Assembly (NCBI GenBank): GCA_032718475.1
Contig: JAUCBJ010000657.1
Coordinates: 22,052 to 86,051, forward strand
DNA: 64,000 nucleotides
Source of the DNA: Nemertoderma westbladi
Lineage: Eukaryota > Animalia > Xenacoelomorpha
Direction of reading: 5' to 3'
The translations under genes and the position numbers were made by a program. The notes beneath the pieces were generated by a model. The model worked only from the letters and a program-made list of their open reading frames with translations, searched no databases and had not been told where the DNA came from. Below are positions 23,948-37,659 of the stretch, piece after piece (within the stretch, counting starts at the first letter, position 1; each line of letters opens with the position of its first letter).

Positions 23948-24750
23948 GTAACTAAATGTGTCAGCACTACACTATGATTTAAATATTACTTAATAAATAT
24001 AATTTAGTATATACAGATATATGAACGGTGTATATGTATATACAAATATATGAACGGTGTATATGGTATTTTAATATATACCTACTAAGTTTTCACTATC
24101 AAACTAAGTAACTAAATGTGTCAGCATTACACTATGATTTAAATATTACTTAATAAATATAATTTAGTATATACAAATATATGAACGGTGTATATGGTAT
24201 TTTAATATATACCTACTAAGTTTTCACTATCAAACTAAGTAACTAAATGTGTCAGTATTACACTATGATTTAAATATTACTTAATAAATATAATTTAGTA
24301 TATACAGATATATGAACGGGTTATATGTATATACAAATATATGAACGGTGTATATGGTATTATAATATATACCTACTAAGTTTTCACTATCAAACTAAAA
24401 TTTAGTATATACAAATATATGAACGGTGTATATGGTATTTTAATATATACCTACTAAGTTTTCACTATCAAACTGAGTAACTAAATGTGTCAGCATTACA
24501 CTATGATTTAAATATTACTTTATAAATATAATTTAGTATATACAGATATATGAACGGTGTTTATGGCTTTTTAGTATATACCTACTAAGTTTTCAATATC
24601 AAACTAAGTAACTAAATGTGTCGGCATTACACTATGATTAAAATAAAAAATATACTAAATATGTATAATGTGTATATGAATGGTGTATATGGTATTCTAG
24701 TATACCTGCTAAGTTCTCACTAACAAACAGTAATTAAATGTGTTAGCATT
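23948..24750. repeat. Modular satellite, ~130-240 bp units
   Basis: GTAACTAAATGTGTCAGCATTACACTATGATT at ~23948, 24108, 24239, 24477, 24608 and a degenerate copy at 24730; variable TATATGAACGGTGTATATG subunits. Confidence 0.9.
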
Positions 24751-24950
24751 ACTTAATATAATCCTACTATGCAAACATGCGTGATATAGGTAGCTTTGAA
24801 CACTACTTTTTTATTTTGCTAGAGTAGACTATCTGTCAGTGTTATAAATATTTTATATTGGGTTATTGACTAATGGTAGCCGGTATTTTGTATACAATAT
24901 AGCATAGAGGTATATCTGTCTATGCTACATATAATCGATTTTTAGCTTAA

Positions 24951-26516
24951 CCCTATTAGTACCGGGCGATAAAATGTTGTACAAATACCGGGGGGGGGGG
25001 GGTCATATTGACCCCCCCCCCCCCCCCCCCCCCTCTAAAATCTACAAATATTTACGAACACGTCTGATTTTTAATTTGTACGTAGGTATCACTTGCCTGG
25101 ATCCGACAAAAAAAAAATTTCGAAAAAATGTACTGGGGTGGTTATATTGCAGCACCAAAATTACAAGTAGTGCACAATTTTCACAAAATTTGAAAGTTAC
25201 ATTTTCGGCTAATTATTTTTCAATACAGGTTTTCTGGGGTGCAAAATACATTGGAAAATATTTAAAAATGATATGATTACTATAAATGGCTGTTTAGCCC
25301 TTTCTGCGTAGGAAAAAAATGAAAAAAACAAGTAACCAGCACTTTTCAGTTAGAACACAAAATTTTTAATTCACTTATACGATGCTATAAATTCACATCT
25401 TCAGGTTTTCGAGGGCGCTGATTCTAATGGAATACATTTCTAATATGCCAGATCATTGCTACTTGTATTTTTCGGCGTAATTTGGTAAATTTTGCTGCTA
25501 GCACCAAATTTCGTACCCATCACCAAAAAGTACAAGTTTGCGATGTCCAGTGCTGTTTTTATTGATTCCATCGGATTCAGGACCCTCATAAACCCGTATA
25601 ACGCAAGAAACAAGGTGATACTATCTACCGATCAATTTGCATATTTTCCAAAATTTGGTGCTGGCACAACATTTTTCACCCACCGGCGAAAAATACAAGT
25701 TTGATAACTCTTATGAAATTTTTACTGATTCCATTGAATTCAGAACCATCACAAACCCGTATAACGCAAGAAACAAGGTGACACAATCAATTGATATATT
25801 TGATGGTTTTCAAAATTTGGTGCTAGCACCACATTTTGCACCCACATCCGAAAAATACAAGTTTGAGATGTCTAGTTCGATAATTATATTTTCCATTGAA
25901 TTCAAAACAGCCATAAACCTCTAAAACTCTAATTGTCACAAACAATTTTATCTATTGAATGGATTTTCAAAATTTCGTGCTAGCACCACAATTTACACAC
26001 AGCACCGAAAAATACAAGTTTGATACGCTTGGTGCAACTCGTATATATTTCATCGAATCCAGAACCCCAAAAAACCCCAATTGCGTAAAAATCAAGTTTC
26101 AAACAATCAATTTACAAAATTGACTTATTTCAAAATTTGGTGCTGGCACCAAAATTTGGCACCCACCGAAAAAAACAAGTTTGAAATTTCTAAATAAATT
26201 TATATGAATTCCATCCAATTTCTAACACCAAAAAACCGGTGCAAATCAAAAATAGAGATGTTACAATTCATATTTAATGAAATGTAATTTTCAAAAAACG
26301 TCTCAAAAAAAGTGCCAAAAGTAGGGTTAAAAAATGGTGCTATAACTCGAAAAGTACCCAATATTTTTGAAAACGGTTTTCACTACTAGGAAGACAATAG
26401 ATTTTTAGGAAAAGTCATAATATTTCAGATTCCCAACTGCGTTTGTTTCAGAATTATAATAAAAAAACCACGGGGGGGGGGCATATTGACCCCCCCCCCC
26501 CCCGGGTTTAATAGGG
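24951..26516 (+). mobile_element. Non-autonomous piggyBac-type MITE family A, full copy
   Basis: TTAA|CCCTATTA...TAATAGGG|TTAA; subterminal G-run/C-run palindromes; internal ~120-bp repeats with GGTGCTAGCACC. Confidence 0.9.
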
Positions 26517-27737
26517 TTAATAGGACGTATATATACATATTAGATAGGTATTGAACATTTTTTTTTTTTTAGATAGAACCTTATGTACCAAGGCAGTCAC
26601 CCTTCGTGCGATTTTTGCTTCTCCCAAATAAATATTACAGAGAAACAATTTAACTGTACCCTTTGTCGCAATATATACCACATACCCTGCAGAACACACT
26701 TAAGCACCTCTGATATACTAAACGGAAATACAACAGACAATAATTACTGTATATTCTGCAACCTAGAAATTTTCCCTTTTGCTGTAGTTCCAGACAATGA
26801 CACTGACATATTTAACCAGTACTCGAACAGAGACGACAGTTCTTTACCAACAGACTATACTGAGACAAACAACATATTTGAAGACATAGACCCGGACCAA
26901 AATATAAAACTCAAATAACACAGACGGTACATACTTTACAGAACAGAAATTTAATGAAGCTACATTCAAAAAATCACTACTGGTATACCACATAAACTGT
27001 AGGAGCCTAAATAAAAACCTGACATCGACCATCGACTATCTCAACTTACTCGACAAACGGTTTGATGTAATTACCTTTACAGAGACTTTTTTGACAGACG
27101 AAACTGAACTAACTATTTTAAATATAGACGGATACTCGCAACCATTAGTAGACAACAGACAGTATGGAAAACGGAGCCGTGGTGGAACTGCCATTTACGT
27201 AAAAAACGGACTAGAATACACCTGCCGTACGGACATAAACATTGAACGCTGCGAATCTTCCTGGGTCAGTGTTTCCCAATCTAAACAAAGTAACAGAAAA
27301 CCCATTTTAATTGGTACCATATATCGACCCGAATCATACAAATTATCAGATTTTTTGGAAAATTTAAACTGTACATTAGATGAAATTTCAAATAAAAATA
27401 TAGATTCAATTATAACCGGTGATTTCAACATTGACCTTCTACGAACACAAAACACTAACAGTAGTACATATCTTCAAACACTCGAATCCAACTCATTTGA
27501 ACAACTGATTAAAGTAGCCACTAGAATTACGCTCCACTCAAAAACCTTGATTGATCATATCTTTACCAATATAAAGGATAAAACCTTAACTCCGGGTGTT
27601 TTTCAAGCAGAAGTAGGGATAACCGATCACTTAGGAACCTTCATATCAATACAAAACACAGCATGTTTTTGTAATCGCTTCAAATACGACTTTTCAAAAT
27701 TCGACAAAAAACTATTTTTAAGTGATCTAACTAAGAC

Positions 27738-30700
27738 TATTACTCATTACTATACTAAGACATTACTCGACAATTTTTTAAGCCTTTGTCTGACAACGCT
27801 AATTTGCGTAATAAGTACCGGTACCGGTACTGATATAACCTAGAGCTAATTATTACTTTGATCTCGCTGATCTCGCCGCTATTACTGGAGATTATTCATC
27901 TAGGAGACGATGGCACCTCCACGTTGCTGCCAATGCGCTTCAAAGAGTATTTGCCGCAGTTGTAGCTGTGTCAAAGCAGGAAGTGAGTGTGCCAACTGCA
28001 TCCCAACATCCCTAGGACGGTGTCAAAACTCGATAACAGCAATTCAGATTTATGTTGGAGATTCAGGACATGGTACAGATGTTACGCTGGTTCCGATTGA
28101 TGTGAGTGTGTCGGACAACGAGGCAACTATCGTTTTGTCATCACCGAACGTGATAACTGATGTTGGGGACCAAAGGATGCGCGAAGCCTTTGGTAGTCCA
28201 ATGCTTCATTCTACAGGCGACCCTGGAGTAAATGTTGAGTGGGGATTACGTTATTCTCGATTGGTAACACTGAGGTCTCGTCGTTACGATGTACCGGGAG
28301 GGAGTTTGGGACGAAAGATGGTGTCTCAATTGGCGGAGGAATTGGAGGAACTTGTTAAAGGTGACTGCCCATCAGAAAAACCCTTGATTCTCCTCGCGGT
28401 AGCATTACAAAGAGATCATGATGTACAAATGTCCAGTGAAGTTCGGCAGCTTATAAATCGTAGGCTTGACCTGTGGTGTGATGGCAAATATGATATGCTT
28501 GTGGATGAGGCAGTTAGGTGTGACCATCGTTTTCCAGCTGGAGGGAGCCGCAAAGATGACACGGAGCATGCACAGCGGGTATTTAGCCGTTTAGTTTTAC
28601 AGGGCAAGATCCGTGCTGCGGTATGTTTTATTACAGAGCGGTCATCAGCGGGAATCCTGGACCCTAGCAGCCAAGCGGGAAATCAGGACCCAGGAGTAGC
28701 AACCCGCTGTGACTTAACGGAATTGGCAGGGGTTGAACAGATGGGGGCAGGTCTTAAGGCTGGAATCGAGGGCGCTATCCATGCTTTGGATGAAGTGTTT
28801 GCCAGTGGTGATACTGAATGTGTAATGCTTGTTGATGCAGCCAATGCTTTTAATAACCTTGACAGAGCACCTGCCCTTTGGCATGTTAGGCTATTGTGGC
28901 CTAGATGCTCTCGGTACCTCTACAACTGTTATAGGGGGTATTCAGCTTTGATTCTGCATGGAAACAAACAGCCAATACTTAGTCAGGTAGGCCCAACCCA
29001 GGGAGACCCATTGGCAATGCTGATGTATGGTGCGAGCACAATTCCATTAATACGGTCCCTAGAAAGTGTTGATGCCACAGGTCATCTTACTGACATGGAT
29101 GAAACACTACAGCCAGAGGCAGAAGTCGGACCGGGAGAGACGGGTCGACAATTTGACACTCCCACTTCTACATTTGACGCACCTGGCGAGATGTCTGAAG
29201 TGACGATGCAGCCTGAAGCAAGAGCGAGTGAGTTGCAGAGTTGGTATGCAAATGATTTGGCACGTCTAGGATCACTAGTTACAGTTGTGTGTTGGTTTAA
29301 GGAGCTTTGTTGTCAGGGACCAAGAGTGGGATATTTCCCTGAACCAAAGAACACTGTGCTCGTTGTTCGGGATGGTCTTCATGATGCAGCCAAACAGCTG
29401 TTTGTCCCGCTGGGGTTGAAAGAAGAGAATATCGTGACTGGGTGGAGATTTCTGGGTGGATTTATTGGAGCACAAAGCGAACGAGATAACTTTTTGAATG
29501 AAAAGATCGAGCAATGGGTGCAACATATCGAGGTGTTGGCGGGGGCAGCAAAGACTTACCCACAAGAATCACTCACCGCCTTGACGAAGTCACTACAGGC
29601 AGAATGGGACTACACAATGAGAGTGATGGATGTCAGACCAGATAAGTATGAGCCATTGTGACGCGCCTTAGCTGAAAAGTTTTTACCAGCCTTGTTTGGA
29701 GTGGTTGTTCCGCAAGCTGATCTGGACCTGTTGTTTCAGCCCGTGCGTCATGGTGGAATTGGGTTACGTGATCCAGTGTTCAGAGCTGCTAGTGCGTATC
29801 AAGCCTCGAGGGAAGGCACCGAGCTGGTGGTGAGAGCCTTGAAGGAAAAGACTCCCCTATCAGTGGAGGATCATAAAACGTTGCTACAGGGAACCATCCG
29901 TGAAACTAGGTTGAGGGAGGCAGTGCGGGCGAGCGAGGTTCAGACAGTTGTATTGGGGGCAATGGTGCCAGATCGAGCGCGATCAGTGAAGCGCCAGCTG
30001 GACTCGAAAACTGCTGGCTGGTTGAGTGTGACCCCATCGCTGCTTCATCAGACAGGCATTTCAGCGCAGACATTCCGCGACGCCCTGTGTCTGCGGTATG
30101 GTTATACTCCCCCGGAGTTGCCATCACACTGTGACGGCTGTGGTGCTATCTTCACCATAGACCACGCCCTGAATTGCAAAAAGGGCGGGCTGATATGTCG
30201 TCGACATGATGAAATGCGGGATGTGATCGGCGAGTTGTGTGGGTTGGCCTGGGGTATGAGTGCAGTCAAGCGGGAGGTAGTGCTACGAGAGGGCCAGTAT
30301 CTTGGAGACGCGGGAGTCCGAACAGAGTATGGGCACCACAGAGGGAGGCGTCGTTCGACGTATGCGTTACAAACGCTGACGCTCCCTCACATCGTGCCCG
30401 TACAACAGACAGTATCCTCTGCGAGAAGGAACGAGTCAAAAAGCAGCACCACTGTCGCATTAGCGAGCAGCTGCGCCTGACCTTCACCCCCCTAGCGATG
30501 ACTTCGGATGGTGTGTGGGGCAGAGAGGCATCTCACTTTATCCATCACTTGGCGGCAAAGTTGTCAGAGAAGGACAGTTGGAACGAGAAACCCCCAGGAT
30601 TCGTTCTCGGATGGGTTAGGGCCCGTCTGTCCATCGCGTTGGTGTGCGCTGTGGGTTTGTGCCTTAGAGGGGGGCGACGTTCGTGGCGGCTACTGGGGCT

Positions 30701-30904
30701 GGATGACAGCGCAGGTGCTTGGGTGGCAGACTGAAGAGTTTGGTTGGTGAACCCATGTCAACTCTGTTCATAGATCTTAAAGTTACCGGTAACAAAATTG
30801 TTCTATTTGTACTGAACTATATTTGTATAAAAGCACCAGTATAGTGAGTAATATAATGTGTAAAATACTACTTTTAATATTAAATTAAATGTGTTCTTCT
30901 CTCT
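27738..30904 (+). mobile_element. CRE-clade-like RLE non-LTR retrotransposon (disrupted ORF 27910-30734)
   Basis: 12-bp TSD TCTAACTAAGAC (27726-27737, 30905-30916); VDAANAFN, QGDPLAM, WYAND (degenerate YADD), CDGC..HAL.C..RHDE, FDVCVT. Confidence 0.85.
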
Positions 30905-32021
30905 TCTAACTAAGACAAACAGCTGGACATATAAAAACGAAAAAAATGAAGACAAATTCAACCAATTTTATGAAGACTTTAAAAAACTTCCAAAAAAGAA
31001 AATAAACAAGGACGAAATACCTAGGAAACCTTGGATGACCGAAGGTCTAATTAAATCTATTAAAACTAAAAATAAAATGTACGTATCCGTTACAAAAAAT
31101 ATGACCGAAGAAAAACTAACTCAATATAAAAAATATAGAAATAAACTGACTAAAACACTCAGACAGGCTGAAAAATCACCACATCACCACACATGAATTT
31201 GAAAAAAACAAATCAAACATAAGAAAGACATGGCAGACTATCAACACAGCATTAAAAAAATCAACTGCAAAAAAATCCCCTAAAAAAATTATTATTGACG
31301 AAAATGGAAAGAAAAGGGAAATTACTGACCCAGAGAAGATATGCAACGTATTCAACAATCACTTTGCTACTGTAGGATCCAGACTAGCAAAAGATCTTCC
31401 AACAACAAATCGTAACCCAACTAGATATATTAACCATTGTAAACCCAACTCCTTTTCACTCCTAGAAACGACAAATACCGAAACTATTTACAATATACTT
31501 GATTTTGACAACTCTCGATCCACCAACGACAGTTTCCCTATTAAATTAATTAAAACAGCAGCGTATGATCTCGCACCGCACCTAACCCACCTAATTAATC
31601 TATCAGTTAAGCATGGTTTTTTTCCCTCTAATCTAAAATCAGCAAAAATCATACCTGTATTTAAATCTGGCGATCCCACTGATAAAAACAACTATAGGCC
31701 TATATCATTATTACCTGTATTTAGCAAGCTTTTCGAACGAGTAATCAACAATCAACTACTATCCTACTTAAACAAAAATTCAATACTATCAGACAGCCAG
31801 TACGGTTTTAGAACACACTCCACTACGACAGACGCCATACTTACGGTAACTGAGAGACTACTACAGATACTAGACTCACAGGAATATGCTTGTCTAGTAT
31901 CTATCGACCTTAAGAAAGCATTTGATACACTACAACACCAAATACTATTGGACAAACTAGACTGCTATGGCACACAAGGCATCCCACACAAACTGCTGAC
32001 TAGCTACTTACACAAGAGAAC

Positions 32022-33634
32022 GGTTATATTGAAAAATATCGAGACATGAAAAATATCGAGAGTAAAAATAACGCGAGTAAAAACATCGAGTGTTGAAAAA
32101 TAACGATAATATCGAGAGTTCAAAAAATATCGAGAGTAAAAATATCGAGGGTAAAAATATCGAGAGTAAAAATACCGAGTGTTGAAAAATATCGAGAGTA
32201 AAAATATCGAGAGTAAAAATATCGAGAGTAAAAATATCGAGTGTTGAAAAATATCGAGAGTAAAAATATCGAGTGTTGAAAAATATCGAGAGTAAAAATA
32301 TCGAGTGTTGAAAAATATCGAGAGTAAAAATATCGAGTGTTGAAAAATATCGAGAGTAAAAATATCGAGTGTTGAAAAATATCGAGAGTAAAAATATCGA
32401 GTGTTGAAAAATATCGAGAGTAAAAATATCGAGTGTTGAAAAATATCGAGAGTAAAAATATCGAGTGTTGAAAAATATCGAGTGTTGAAAAATATCGAGA
32501 GTAAAAATATCGAGAGTAAAAATATCGAGTGTTGAAAAATATCGAGAGTAAAAATATCGAGTGTTGAAAAATATCGAGTGTTGAAAAATATCGAGTGTTG
32601 AAAAATATCGAGTGTTGAAAAATATCGAGTGTTGAAAAATATCGAGAGTAAAAAATATCGAGTGTTGAAAAAAATATAGAATGTTGAAAAATATCGAGAG
32701 TAAAAATATCGATAGTAACAATTTTGTTAAATAAGGGTTGTATGATAATTTTTTTTACTAAAAATGTTCTAGAACAACAATATTTATCAACATTTGGTAG
32801 CTTATACGTGCTCTAATATAATATTTAACAATATTTATAATATTTATCAAAATTTATAGCTAGCACTTCTTTTATAATATTTATCAAAATTTATAGCTAG
32901 CACTTCTTATATAATATTTATTAAAAAAATAGCAAAAACTAGCTAGTATAATAAATCTGGTAAATGGGTACCCAAGGTGTATTACATAATGCCATTCACT
33001 TGCACTTGCACTGTTGTAACCCATGCACTGCAATATTGTTCCATAATTCTAAATAAAATGCTCAAGCAAAATGCAATATTTTTACTCTCGATATTTTTCA
33101 ACACTCGATATTTTTCAACACTCGATATTTTTACTCTCGATATTTTTCAACACTCGATATTTTTACTCTCGATATTTTTCAACACTCGATATTTTTACTC
33201 TCGATATTTTTCAACACTCGATATTTTTACTCTCGATATTTTTCAACACTCGATATTTTTCAATACTCGATATTTTTCAACACTCGATATTTTTCAACAC
33301 TCGATATTTTTACTCTCGATATTTATCAACACTCGATATTTTTACTCTCGATATTTTTCAACACTCGATATTTTTACTCTCGATATTTTTCAACACTCGA
33401 TATTTTTACTCTCGATATTTTTCAACACTCGATATTTTTACTCTCGATATTTTTCAACACTCGATATTTTTCAACACTCGTTATTTTCGATATTTTTCAT
33501 CTCGCGTTATTTTTACTCTCGATATTTTTTAATCACGTTAATTTTCAACACTCGTTATTTTTACTCTCGATATTTTTACTCTCGTTATTTTTACTCTCGA
33601 TATTTTTCAAGTCTCGATATTTTTCACCATTACC
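32022..33634. mobile_element. Foldback-type element with long tandem-repeat inverted arms
   Basis: 8-bp TSD AAGAGAAC (32014-32021, 33635-33642); GGT termini; arms of AAAATATCGAGAGTA / AAAATATCGAGTGTTGA units in opposite orientation. Confidence 0.9.
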
Positions 33635-34149
33635 AAGAGAACATATACCGTTGCTATAGGCAACTCTACTTCAGAATCAATACATGCTTCCTGCGGTACC
33701 CCACAAGGAGCAATACTGAGCGCAACACTGTTCCTACTGTACATAAATGACCTACCAAATTGTACTTCACTACTAACAACACTATTTGCGGACGACACGA
33801 ATCTACTTTATTATCACTCAAACCCTGACACACTACAAGACACTATCACTACTGAACTTAGTAAACTTGATCAGTGGCTCACTGACAACAAACTATCACT
33901 AAACCTTAAAACAACAGAACACTTAATTATCACAAATAAAAAACACGCCAACATTGCAAATATAAAAATACGACAAACTCCTATTAAAAAAGTAATTCAC
34001 ACAGAATTTCTTGGAATATGGATAGACAATGAACTAACATGGAAAAATCACTGTGCCTACGTGCTTAAAAAAATTTCAAAATCTATAGGTATTTTCTTTA
34101 AACTTCGCTCCATTCTACCAAGGTTTTTTTTTTACCAAGAATTATTTCT

Positions 34150-36110
34150 ATCAAGGGTGACAGCCCAGCCTGCATTTGACCGTGAGTTACTGGCGATATA
34201 CACAACACGCAAACATTACCATTTTTTTATTTGGACAAGTCATAACAATATATACTTACCACAAACCGCTCGTTCATTGTTTAACCCCCCCCCCCCCCCC
34301 CCCCCCCCGTGGTTTTTATATTATAATTCTGAAATAAACGCAGTTGGGAATCTGAAATTTATGACTTTTCCTAAAAATCTATAGTCTTCCTAGTAGTGAA
34401 AACAGTTTTCAAAAATATTGAGTAGTTTTCGAGTTATAGCACCATTTTTTAACACTACTTTGGCACTTTTTTTGAGACGTTTTTTGAAAATTAAATTTCA
34501 TTAAATATTAATTATAACATCTCTATTTTTGATTTACACCGGTTTTTGGTGTTAGCAATTGGATGGAATTCATGTAAATTGATTTAGAAATTTTAAACTT
34601 GTTTTTTTCGGTGGGTGCCAAATTTTGGTGCCAGCACCAAATTTTGAAATATGTCAATTTTGTAAATTGATTGTTTGAAACTTGTTTTTTACGCAATTGG
34701 GGTTTTTTGGGGTTCTGGTTTCGATGAAATATATACGAGTTGCACCAAGCGTATCAAACTTGTATTTTTCCGTGCTGTGTGCAAATTTTGGTGATAGCAC
34801 GAAATTTTGAAAATCCATTCAATAGATAAAATTGCTTGTGACAATTTATTTCTTGCATTTTAGAGGTTTATGGCTGTTTTGAATTCAATGGAAAATATAA
34901 TTATCGAACTAGACATCTCAAACTTGTATTTTTCGGAAGTGGGTGCAAAATGTGGTGCTACCAACAAATTTTGAAAAACATCAAATATATCAATTGATTG
35001 TGTCATCTTGTTTCTTGCGTTATACGGGTTTGTTAGGGTTCTGAATTCAATGGAAGCAGTAAAAATTTCATAGAGTTTTCAAACTTGTATTTTTCGCCGG
35101 TGGGTGAAAATTGTTGTGCCAGCACCAAATTTTGGAAAATGAGTAAATTGATCAGGAGATGGTATCATCTTACGTTATACGGGTTTATGAGGGTCCTGAA
35201 TCCGATGGAATCAATAAAAACAGCACTGGACATCGCAATCTTGTAATTTTTGGTGATGGGTACGAAATTTGGTGCTAGCACCAAAATTTGCCAAATTACG
35301 CCGAAAAATACAAGTAGCAATGATCTGGCATATTTGAAATGTATTCCATTAGAATCAGCGCCCTAGAAAACCTGAAAATGTGAATTTTCGTATAAGTATT
35401 CGTATAAGTGAATTAAAAATGTTGTGTTCTAACTGAAAAGTGCTGGTTACTTGTTTTTTTCAATTTTTTCCTACGCATAGAGGACTAAACAGCCATTTAT
35501 GGTAATCACATCATATTTAAATATTTTCCAATGTATTTTGCGCCCCAGAAAACCTGTATTGAAAAACAATTAGCCGAAAAATGTAACTTTCAAATTTTAT
35601 GAAAATTGTGCACTACTTGTAATTTTGGTGCTGTAATATTACCACCTCAGTAAATTTTTTCGAAAATTTTTTTTTCGGTCGGATCCAGACTAGTGATACC
35701 TACGTACAAACAAGAAATCAGACGTTTTCGTTAATATTTGTAGATTTTAGAGGGAAGGGTCAATATGACCCCCCCCCCCCCCCCCCCCCCCGGTATTTGT
35801 ACAGCATTTTATAGCCCGGTACTAATAGGGTTAAATATGAAAAATCCGACACTAATCATAATAATCGACACTACTCCAATCATTTAATTGTAAAATAAAA
35901 CATATTGCCGGAAAAGACAATATCGTAGCCGCACATTGTCTAGACCTTGTTCAACCATCTCATTTGATAATTTGAGAGAATTAGTGGAGGCTCAGTTAAA
36001 AGATAAGGCTCTACAGTTATTTTTTAAATCAACCAATTTACCTTTGAAACGAATTGCGGTAAATGAGAACCAATTTGTAATGTACATCCATTAACTTAAG
36101 ACCCTATTTG
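34150..36110 (+). mobile_element. Gypsy RNase H remnant split by a MITE
   Basis: AFDRELLAIY...HKPL before, and IKHIAGKDNIVA..LSR after, the TTAA insertion. Confidence 0.7.
34285..35830 (-). mobile_element. MITE family A, inverted copy with one damaged terminus
   Basis: Reverse complement of 24951-26516; TTAA on both sides; left end collapsed to TTAA-C-run. Confidence 0.9.
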
Positions 36111-37659
36111 CCTGTGCAGAAAACAGAGGCCACAAATTCCTTCAATGGCGGGAGATATTCTTTCTTCAAGTTAAACAGGTATGTCAGTATCTCCAAATAT
36201 ATTATTATACCCTTAATCTTCTAAACAAGCAGCGTTGATGCTTGTACTATCACTTTGTGGATCCTATCTACATAATATGTCTACTTTCTGAATCGGATTT
36301 ATTATCGCCTTTCTTTTACATTTACTTGATAATCAAGAACACCGAGCCCAATAATTCTATAATTCCATTCTTAGAATCATTCTTGTTCGAACGAAAGGTG
36401 GTCTTATATCAGACTCGTAATGGATCCATACAGCCTTAATCTATCAAAACCACAAAAGAACAAAAAAGACCAAAAACAGGTGCATCAGTTGTTACTCCTA
36501 GCAACATACTGCAAAGACTAAATGTTGTGTTTTTAGCAACAGGACTGAAGATTACCCCAATGCAACAACAAGCAGCCTTCACACCATTCAAGAATCTGGA
36601 GGAGTTATAGGAAGTGTTTCCACTTCATATTCAGTAGCAGATAGAGCACATCGTTCAATTGTTAAAGAACTAGGTAATGTATATCATGAACCATGGACAC
36701 CTCCAGAACTATGCTCCCTTCAGTGGGATAGTAAGCTACTGGGAACATTATTAAATAAATACCAATCCGAAGATAGAGTAACTATGCCCATTGTTGACTC
36801 TACCAATTTGAAGTTCCTTGGGCTTGGAGTACCAAGTTACAAACTGGTTCTGATCAGTGTTCTGGTGATATAATTGCTGGTCTTACATCTTCTTGACATC
36901 TGACATCTCCATCTTCCTTAGAAAAGGAAATCTGTTGATAATATTGTCAATACGACATTTGATACAACAACTTTAAATACTGGTCATTTATCAGCTGCTT
37001 ACATCTCTATTCAGGGAAGGATTAACTAACACCTCTTATGGTCTGGATGTTGTCACCATATAGGGGGACTTCTGATTTGACACGAATTTCTTGCACCAAA
37101 CATAAATCTTTAATAATAGGTACGATATACAGGACTGACCCTATTTCCCATAACAATTATATACTACTTGATTCTACTTTAAACAAATTAACTTCTCTAA
37201 ATCTCGATGCCGTTTTAACTGGTAACATAAACATAAATTTACTTAAACCCACAAAAAATTCAGTTCACATAGAATACATAGGTAAAACATAGAATAGAAA
37301 TACATAGATCTTCTAGGTTCTTATGGCTACACCCAGCTAATTAAACATCCCACTCGTATAGATGCAGTTACAAAATCTTAATCTCTTTTAGACCACATTA
37401 TTACAAACATAACCTCATCATTATCAACTGCTGGAACTTTCCTTTCTAAAATCGGCAATTCTGATCACCAAGCTGTTTATTATATTACAAAAATTTGATT
37501 GCATATTTAATAAACCTCAATTATCTACCGTTTATGTTTACTCAAAATTTAATAAATCAGCCTTCTTAATGACATCAACAACTCATCATATCATCAGATT
37601 CAATAACAATTCAAAAAAATTTGACACTTTCTTTTTTTTGCAATATTTATGATCCCTTA

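Larger units (their letters stand above)
26583..34115 (+). mobile_element. CR1/L2-group LINE ORF2 (PHD-like finger, APE, RT) split by two insertions
   Basis: CTLCRNIYHIPC/YCIFC; HINCRSL, GGTAIYVK, GDFNIDLL, LIDHIF, TDH; NYRPISLL, QYGFR, DLKKAFDT, PQG, FADDT. Confidence 0.9.

Noticed and set aside
32022-33634. CRISPR-like array (also considered for 19003-19162, 23948-24750 and 41790-42060)
   Set aside because: Repeats are contiguous with no unique spacers, there are no cas genes, and the context is eukaryotic
32008-33750. ORFs of 237, 257 and 153 aa (FSTLDIFQHSIF...)
   Set aside because: Translations of the stop-free strand of the foldback repeats
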